Shown one piece after another: positions 58,316 through 64,000 of a stretch of 64,000 nt of DNA. Below the pieces are notes generated by a model. It was not told the origin of the DNA and made no database searches. It was given only the letters and a program-made list of their open reading frames with translations. Made by a program: the position numbers and the translations under genes. Origin of the DNA: Faecousia sp. (lineage in GTDB: Bacteria > Bacillota > Clostridia > Oscillospirales > Oscillospiraceae). The stretch lies in assembly GCA_051867285.1 (NCBI GenBank), contig JBJDYL010000097.1, forward strand, positions 740-64,739, read 5' to 3'. Position 1 is the first letter of the stretch, and each line of letters starts with the position of its first letter.

Positions 58316-59337
58316 ACGTTCAGCACGCAGGCCGCGCCGTCGCAGATTTTGCCGAAACCGGAGATGGAGGTGATGGCGGCACGCTCCAGCTGCCGGTCAA
58401 TGAGCTTGTCGTACTCCACCAGCACATCCCCAGCGCGAACCAGCTCCAGCGCGTAGCGATTATCCAGTCCGATAATTACGCCGTCCGCCACGGCGGAGGT
58501 GCGGTGCAGCTGTGCGCCCAGAGGAGATGTCAGCTTGCCGGTACCCTGGAAATTCAGCCCGGTGAGGGGATTCTGCAGTTCAGGCACCTTCAAAAGCTTC
58601 ATCATGGTGGCAGTGGAGCACAGAATGGTGTTCATGGTGTAGGGGTCAAACTGTCCCCAGAACTCCACCAGCTGGTCGTAGCCCAGTGTGCCTCTGGTGC
58701 CGGAAATGGGGCTGGTGCCGATAGTGTACTGGACGGCGGCATTGTCGTTGCCATCCCCCTCGATCAGAACCTTCACCGCGTCGGCAAGCTGCTGCTTCTG
58801 GATGTGCGCGCCGATCTGCCGCAGCATGACGCTGAACAGATCCAGCTTCTGGAACCGCAGCGCCTCATAGGAAGCCACCAGCATTCTGCCCCGCTTGGTC
58901 AGGCTCACCAGATGCTCCTTGGTTTTGACCTCGGTTTCGGGGATGGACGCACCTTCCTCCACATCCTTCAGCTCCTTGTCGCTGTCCGTGGGGTTGGAAT
59001 AGATGGAACGGTAGTCCATGGCGTCGATCACCGTGGTGGTAGCGGTGATGGCAGGCAGAATATCGTTTTCCTCCATACCCTGCCGGACGGTTCTGGCGAT
59101 GTACTCCGGGAACAGCACCGCAGAATCCATAGTACGGAAGAATTTCTCCACGGGAGAAGATCCTGCCCCCTTTGCCCGGATGCCGAAGCGCTTCAGCTGA
59201 CGCTGAAAGGCATCGGTGCCCTCCAGCGCGGTGCCCCGGTAATTCTCGCTGGGATCCAGAGACTCCAGCACCTGGGTAAAGCTCATGCCCGCCTGCCGGT
59301 ACATGCCCTTTTCCAGTTTCAGATTGTCATAACCCAT
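58312..59337 (-). CDS. Major capsid protein (HK97 fold)
   Basis: VLFPEYIARTV, VEEGASIPET, LTKRGRMLVASYEAL, LIEGDG; canonical position after the protease; SD GGAGG. Confidence 0.88.
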   Translation of the reverse strand: MGYDNLKLEKGMYRQAGMSFTQVLESLDPSENYRGTALEGTDAFQRQLKRFGIRAKGAGSSPVEKFFRTMDSAVLFPEYIARTVRQGMEENDILPAITATTTVIDAMDYRSIYSNPTDSDKELKDVEEGASIPETEVKTKEHLVSLTKRGRMLVASYEALRFQKLDLFSVMLRQIGAHIQKQQLADAVKVLIEGDGNDNAAVQYTIGTSPISGTRGTLGYDQLVEFWGQFDPYTMNTILCSTATMMKLLKVPELQNPLTGLNFQGTGKLTSPLGAQLHRTSAVADGVIIGLDNRYALELVRAGDVLVEYDKLIDRQLERAAITSISGFGKICDGAACVLNV

Positions 59338-59397
59338 AATTTCATTTCCTCCTGTAATTGTAATAGTGTATGGTCACCGGATTTCACCGATTGTCCA

Positions 59398-60294
59398 TCA
59401 AATCAAAAAACCGCTCTCCACGGCATCCGCCTTCCCGGAAAAGCCCCCCAGCTGAGTAACAACGGGGAGCATCTCATCCAGCCGCGCCTGCAAAGCCTCC
59501 TTCAGCGCCAGCAGATCCTCGGCGGCGGCGGTCTTTGCCAGATTCCGCAGAACCTGCTCAGAAACCCCCAGCTCCAACGCCAGACCCAGCCGCACCACGC
59601 TGTCCTCCAGTTCCTTCTGATACCGCTTTCCCAGCTCCGCCTGCTTGCACAGAACCCGGTATTCCCCCTGCGCGCCGTGGAGCTCCGCCAGCTCCTTCAG
59701 CGCCGGGGTTTTTCCACCCATGGCCTTCAGCACGCCGGCCTCCCGCTGGGCAGGCACCGCCACGAAGGAAAATTCGTAGGCATCCACCGGCTCCTTCAGA
59801 ATCACCGCACAGGTCTGCCCCTCGTAATCTTCCCCCTTGACGTGCCCGCAGGTGCCGTACTCGCTGCCGCAGATGGAGCATACCGCCTGCCCCATGGCGC
59901 AGCCCACGCTCACCTCTTTTTTGATACCTGCCTCAATGTCGGCGATGATTTCGTCGTTGCTGCCGCCCCGGCGGATGTACGCCCAGGCCTTGATGTAGCT
60001 GACGCCCTGCTCTTTGACCACCTGGGTCTCAAAAATCCGGGCCACCTGTTTCTCCGCGCTCCACTTGTGATCCACGATGCCGGTTTTTCCGATGAACAGC
60101 TTCGCCAGCGCAGGCAGCGCCCCGGTGTCGAATCGCTCCCCATCCCGGTCAACCTGGTCATCGCACAGCCGCAGGGAGAACACATACACCTGCTCCCCAT
60201 TCAGCCGTGATTTTGCCAGCGCATTGATTTGCTCCAGCTGCATGGCGGTGGGCGCCCCGCTGTTTACCGCCTCCGCCGCTTTCCTTACTTCCAT
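59398..60294 (-). CDS. Prohead protease-scaffold fusion
   Basis: DRDGERF, IVDH, EVSVG, YEFSFVAVPAQ (HK97-type protease pattern), a CSIC...CGH insert and a C-terminal coiled coil. Confidence 0.78.
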   Translation of the reverse strand: MEVRKAAEAVNSGAPTAMQLEQINALAKSRLNGEQVYVFSLRLCDDQVDRDGERFDTGALPALAKLFIGKTGIVDHKWSAEKQVARIFETQVVKEQGVSYIKAWAYIRRGGSNDEIIADIEAGIKKEVSVGCAMGQAVCSICGSEYGTCGHVKGEDYEGQTCAVILKEPVDAYEFSFVAVPAQREAGVLKAMGGKTPALKELAELHGAQGEYRVLCKQAELGKRYQKELEDSVVRLGLALELGVSEQVLRNLAKTAAAEDLLALKEALQARLDEMLPVVTQLGGFSGKADAVESGFLI

Positions 60295-60316
60295 TTCATT
60301 TCCTCCTGTGATACTT

Positions 60317-60418
60317 TTGTCATTGCGCGCCAGTCCGCACAGAAACTATGGTATGATTGCCACTGACAATCATGGATTATCTTGATTCGCTGCGCGGAGC
60401 ACCACTGGCGTGGCAATC
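60317..60418. repeat. Nested REP-like palindrome
   Basis: GCCAGT...ACTGGC outer stem with a ~60-bp inner segment containing the ATGATTG...CAATCAT hairpin. Confidence 0.55.
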
Positions 60419-60421
60419 TCC

Positions 60422-61564
60422 TCAATTACCGCGCGCCTCTGCCCGGTATTTTTCCGCCTGCGCCCGGTTCAGTTCTGCCTGAGATTCCTGCGTGATGTCC
60501 TGCAGGCTGATGTCATCCCACTCAATCTGCACCCGGTTGTCCAAGCCCTCCAGCGCGAGGTAAGTCTGGCAAATTTTCCGCATGGCAGGCTCCACCGCCC
60601 GGCGGAGCGCCCACAGTTCCGAGGTCAGCAAATCCGCCTGCTGGGTGCTCATCCGTTCCGTAGTGCTCCAGCTTAAGCCCAGCAGGAAGGGCGGCAGACC
60701 GGTTTTCGCCACCAGCTGTTCCAGGATCTGCCGCACGGGCACTTCGGAATCCAGAATGGGAGCTTCCCCGCCGATGACCTTGATTTCCACGTCTCCCACC
60801 GCCACAAAATCCCGGACGGTGCCGTTTTTGGTGTCCTCCATGGCCTTCGCCCATTCCTCCGCAATGGCCTTGCCCCGCTCCTGAGCTGCTGCGCCGTCCA
60901 GTTCCTCGCCGCCCTTGCAGACCACACTGTAGCGAACGTTGCCTGCACGCTCCCAGTTCACACCGATGGTGTTGTAAATTTTCAGCAGCACGTCCGCCAG
61001 GAAGGGCATTCCCCGGAACATACTCACGCCATAGGGGTGGGAGGGTTCCGGATGCCAGGTGGTAAACAGCAGCAGATTCTGATAGGGCAGCGGGCGCATC
61101 AGCCCGTGCTCATCCATGCCCCACAGCACCGTTTCCAGGGCATTCTCCCCTTCCTGCACCTCCAGTGTCGTTACGTCCCCCCAGCAGACTGCCCGCAGCC
61201 GTCCACCGGCCACTATCAGTTCCCCCACAGCCCGGCCGTAGGTCAACAGGCTGTCCAGGTAGCCGCTTAAGAAACTCTCAATGCCCATCTGCCCCCGACC
61301 GCAGGGCATCATTTCCAAAAAGGTGTTGAGCCTTTTCTGAGCTTCCGGGCTGCCGCACTTTACCTGAAAACCGCCGCACAGCCGAACCATCTTCCCCACA
61401 GCGGCATCCAGTACCGGGATGGCCTCCCGCATTTCCCGGTATACCCGTTCCTCCCCGCCGCCCAGGGGTACGAAGCCCCGCATGGCGCCGAAGGGATGGG
61501 TGTCCCCGCAGCGCAGCTGACACACCGCCGCCACACCGCCGGATTCCTTCTTTTTCCGTTTCAA
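60422..61564 (-). CDS. Phage portal protein
   Basis: TTG start with SD AAGGAG; LLTYGRAVGE, PYGVSMF, GLPPFLLG, VQIEWDDI; directly after terL. Confidence 0.85.
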   Translation of the reverse strand: MKRKKKESGGVAAVCQLRCGDTHPFGAMRGFVPLGGGEERVYREMREAIPVLDAAVGKMVRLCGGFQVKCGSPEAQKRLNTFLEMMPCGRGQMGIESFLSGYLDSLLTYGRAVGELIVAGGRLRAVCWGDVTTLEVQEGENALETVLWGMDEHGLMRPLPYQNLLLFTTWHPEPSHPYGVSMFRGMPFLADVLLKIYNTIGVNWERAGNVRYSVVCKGGEELDGAAAQERGKAIAEEWAKAMEDTKNGTVRDFVAVGDVEIKVIGGEAPILDSEVPVRQILEQLVAKTGLPPFLLGLSWSTTERMSTQQADLLTSELWALRRAVEPAMRKICQTYLALEGLDNRVQIEWDDISLQDITQESQAELNRAQAEKYRAEARGN

Positions 61565-61585
61565 TCAAACAACTCCTTCCATATT

Positions 61586-61696
61586 TGAAATGCAAAATGC
61601 TGAATGCGAAATGCAGAATTGTAGGATTTCCTTCGGAAATGATTTTATTTTTATCCGAGGAGCGGACACCACTCTGCATTTTTCATTTTGCATTCA
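61586..61696. repeat. Heptamer-armed inverted repeat element
   Basis: Left arm TGCAAAA/TGCTGAA/TGCGAAA/TGCAGAA; right arm CTCTGCA/TTTTTCA/TTTTGCA. Confidence 0.65.
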
Positions 61697-62941
61697 TCTT
61701 CTTCCCCGTTCCACGCTGCACGCCGCGAAGCCCCCGCTTTTCTCCCCCAGTACAGTGGATACGAAGTAGCGCATATCGTCCATGGCGTGATCGTGCTCCT
61801 TGCGCACCCGATCTTTGCCGCTGCCTCCCGGCTCCCACAGGTACTCCCCCAGCTCCCGGATACAGTCGGCACAGGTTTCGCAGATCACGATTTTTCCGGT
61901 TTTCAGGCAGTCCGAAGTGAGACGAATGCCGCTGAGCACATCGTTTTTCGCCTTTCGCACCCGCCAACCCTTCCGCCGCAGCACCTCAATAAAGCTCGCC
62001 GCAGACGGATCCACGATCACGCCCCGAATCTCCCTGCCTCCAGCCAGAGCCGCCAGCGCATCGGCGTATTCCGCGTCGGTCATCTGCCGCTGCTGCTTCC
62101 GGGAGTCGAAATAGAATTCCTTCACCCGGTACCACACGCCTGCGCTTCTGCCCCAAAGGCCCATGGAGGTGGGATTTACCGTTCCATAATCGCAGGAAAT
62201 GTACCATTGCTCGCAGGCTTCCGGGACTTTTCCCAGCATATCTGCCGTAAAAAAGTCATAAACCCGTCCTTCCGCCTGCACCCACTGTCCTAAAATGTAC
62301 CGCTGGTAGAATACGCCCGTATACAGCCGCTGGTAACGCCCGCGAATGGCCTCCGTCAGGGAAGGATTATCCTCCATGGTAAAGGAAAGCCGCAGGCAGT
62401 TCCGTTTTTCCGCTTCCAGAATCCAGGTTTTGTAGAACCAGTGCTCCGGCCCCTCCGGGTTGCAGTTGAACCACAGGCGGCTTCCGGCAATGCTGCACCT
62501 AGCGCAGGCCTGCTCCACAAAGCTGCGGGGCATCAGCGCCGTTTCGTCCAGCAGCACCCCGGCAAAGGTAATGCCCTGGATCAGTGACGCGGAGCTTTCG
62601 TCCCGCCCGCCGAAGGTGTAAAAGTGGTTTTTGTGCCCCCACAGGGTCACCGTCACCAGATTTTCCGTTCTTTTTTCCCGCCAGACAGCTCCCAGGGCGG
62701 TCAGCTGGGGCAGAATTTCCGACAGCACATTCCGCCGCAGGGACGCGATGGTTTTTCCGCACACGCCAAATTTCTGCCCGTCAAAACAGCACATGGCCCA
62801 CAGGAAAAAGCTCAAGCCCATGGCCAGAGTTTTTCCGGAACGAACCGCCCCGTCGCAGACAATGGCCTCCTTCTCCCGATAAGGCGAATCCGGCATCCAC
62901 CAGGTCAGTACAATTCTCTGCTTGGGAGAAAACTCCCTCAT
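61694..62941 (-). CDS. terL: Terminase large subunit (PBSX-like)
   Basis: Walker A DGAVRSGKT, Walker B VLLDE, NCNP, nuclease motifs SCDYG, VDPSA, DHAMDDMRY. Confidence 0.93.
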   Translation of the reverse strand: MREFSPKQRIVLTWWMPDSPYREKEAIVCDGAVRSGKTLAMGLSFFLWAMCCFDGQKFGVCGKTIASLRRNVLSEILPQLTALGAVWREKRTENLVTVTLWGHKNHFYTFGGRDESSASLIQGITFAGVLLDETALMPRSFVEQACARCSIAGSRLWFNCNPEGPEHWFYKTWILEAEKRNCLRLSFTMEDNPSLTEAIRGRYQRLYTGVFYQRYILGQWVQAEGRVYDFFTADMLGKVPEACEQWYISCDYGTVNPTSMGLWGRSAGVWYRVKEFYFDSRKQQRQMTDAEYADALAALAGGREIRGVIVDPSAASFIEVLRRKGWRVRKAKNDVLSGIRLTSDCLKTGKIVICETCADCIRELGEYLWEPGGSGKDRVRKEHDHAMDDMRYFVSTVLGEKSGGFAACSVERGRR

Positions 62942-63261
62942 GGAGTGTCACCGCCCCGCAGTGCCTGCAAAAATTCTGCCATTTCCCCTTCCTGTCCGCC
63001 GGTTTCCGCGGAAAGTGCCTCCAACGCCCGCAGGCGGTCAATGAGCCTGACCTCCACGGTCCCCTTGTCGTTGCGTTTGACTTCACTGAGCAGGCTCAAA
63101 TCCAGCCCCTCCAGATCCGGCTGTTCCTCCAGCACCAGCTTCACGCAATCGTTGGCTCTGCCGAACGCCAGCTCTGCCAGCCGCCGTATCACATCCTGCT
63201 TTCGGATTTTCCCGGAACGGATTCTTCTGTCCAGCGCGCCCGCTGATTCTTCCCGTTTCAT
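62938..63261 (-). CDS. terS: Terminase small subunit (short form)
   Basis: VIRRLAELAFG...LSEVKRNDKGTVEVRLIDRLRALEAL; ATGA overlap with terL; SD GAAAGGAGG. Confidence 0.78.
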   Translation of the reverse strand: MKREESAGALDRRIRSGKIRKQDVIRRLAELAFGRANDCVKLVLEEQPDLEGLDLSLLSEVKRNDKGTVEVRLIDRLRALEALSAETGGQEGEMAEFLQALRGGDTP

Positions 63262-63365
63262 TGCAGCCTCCTTTCACCAGTAGCCCCAAACAGGCCGAAA
63301 GTTGCACACGGACGTGCAACCTCGGAAAAATTTTTAATGCTTATCGCGTTTACTCAGCTGCGTAA

Positions 63366-63487
63366 TTGACAGTTGGAAATTGAAAGCAGAAAGTAAAGGA
63401 ACCCCTGCGGGACAATTTGAAAAAATATTTTCCGTCATCCCCGAAGGGGATACCATAACTTTCCACTGTCAGCTTTCCACTTTCCAC
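63366..63487. repeat. Heptamer-armed inverted repeat element
   Basis: Left TTGACAG/TTGGAAA/TTGAAAG/CAGAAAG; right CTTTCCA/CTGTCAG/CTTTCCA/CTTTCCA. Confidence 0.65.
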
Positions 63488-63622
63488 GCGGCAAAACTGC
63501 CGAACGGCAGTTGTCCGCTTGCTGCATGAAGCCGATAAGCATTCAATGATTGAAACTCCCTTCCGGCTGTTTCCCACACACAAAAATAACCCCTTCGGAT
63601 CCTTACGATTCCGAAGGGGGCA

Positions 63623-63654
63623 AAAACCGCCGCGGAGATTTCCGCGGCGGTTTT
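63623..63654 (-). terminator. Terminator downstream of galE
   Basis: AAAACCGCCGCGGA-GATT-TCCGCGGCGGTTTT; a second hairpin lies at about 63591-63619. Confidence 0.72.
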
Positions 63655-63676
63655 GTATGTTGTTAGTCTTTGACGC

Positions 63677-64000
63677 TTATTCGCCATAGCCCATGGGGTT
63701 CTGGGACTGCCAACGCCAGGAATCCCGGCACATATCCACCAGATTCTTTTCCGCCTTCCAGCCCAGGACTTCCGCGCTCTTGGTGGGATCGGCGTAGCAG
63801 GTAGCCAGATCTCCGGGGCGACGATCCACGATCTTGTAGGGCAGGGTCAGGTTGTTGGCCTGCTCAAAGGCCTTCACCATGTCCAGCACGCTGTAGCCGG
63901 TGCCGGTGCCCAGATTGAATACCTCGCAGCCCAGATTGCCGACGGCGTACTTCACCGCAGCCACATGGCCTTTGGCCAGATCCACTACATGGATATAGTC
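63677..64000 (-). CDS. galE: UDP-glucose 4-epimerase, C-terminal part (5' end outside the window)
   Basis: [47 protein letters not shown]. Confidence 0.92.
   Translation of the reverse strand, partial: DYIHVVDLAKGHVAAVKYAVGNLGCEVFNLGTGTGYSVLDMVKAFEQANNLTLPYKIVDRRPGDLATCYADPTKSAEVLGWKAEKNLVDMCRDSWRWQSQNPMGYGE

Larger units (their letters stand above)
56559..63261 (-). other. Stand-alone phage packaging/head/neck operon (candidate GTA or domesticated phage module)
   Basis: Nine co-oriented intact ORFs in canonical Caudoviricetes order; flanked by galE and a spoIIQ-like gene; no int, replication, lysis or tape measure genes. Confidence 0.8.

Noticed and set aside
58312-59337. Encapsulin nanocompartment
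   Set aside because: The capsid gene comes with portal, terminase and neck genes, which indicates DNA packaging rather than enzyme encapsulation.
58129-60210. 693-aa plus-strand ORF over the capsid and protease genes, and similar long antisense ORFs (10885, 24304, 32316, 45222, 53407)
   Set aside because: All lie opposite well-supported genes and lack family motifs.
56559-63261. Complete inducible prophage
   Set aside because: No integrase, att sites, immunity, replication, lysis or tape measure genes, and host genes lie immediately on both sides. A degraded prophage remains possible, but the intact ORFs argue against it.
61586-63487. CRISPR array in the short repeats
   Set aside because: These are degenerate 7-mers without unique spacers, and there are no cas genes in the window.

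Overview
A 64-kb chromosomal window from a GC-rich gut Firmicute; gene content and sporulation-type signals suggest Clostridia, probably Oscillospiraceae-like (inference). Left to right: (1) 1-10214, an integrative element cut by the left edge (tyrosine integrase, excisionase, ParB, VapE/VirE-type ATPase, CHC2 zinc finger, TnpV, AbiEi/AbiEii toxin-antitoxin pair, an uncharacterised soluble+membrane gene pair, flavin reductase), ending at a duplicated 3' half of a CAT-anticodon tRNA (att site). (2) 10215-19740, a probable second decayed island: URO-D/MtaA-family enzyme, sugar ABC transporter, YesM/YesN-type two-component system and an int/xis relic. (3) A MerR-controlled flavodoxin/aldo-keto reductase operon. 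(4) A complete phosphate regulon (Na/Pi symporter, phoR, phoP/B, phoU, pstBACS, YibE/F, alkaline phosphatase) with four readable Pho-box promoters. (5) A ~2,560-aa secreted Ig-repeat surface protein. (6) A purine permease and a selenium-dependent molybdenum hydroxylase cluster (ModE-MocA fusion, yqeC, yqeB, selD, yedF, desulfurase, DUF3343-like gene, xdh-like trio). (7) An EF-G paralogue and a sigmaF-type spoIIQ-like gene. (8) 56559-63261, the most interesting feature: an intact nine-gene phage DNA-packaging/head/neck operon between galE and the spoIIQ-like gene. It has no integrase, replication, lysis, tape measure or baseplate genes, its small terminase appears to lack the DNA-binding domain, and host-type repeats sit in its spacers. 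It is a candidate domesticated gene transfer agent (GTA). All family calls come from reading motifs by eye; no database searches were run.
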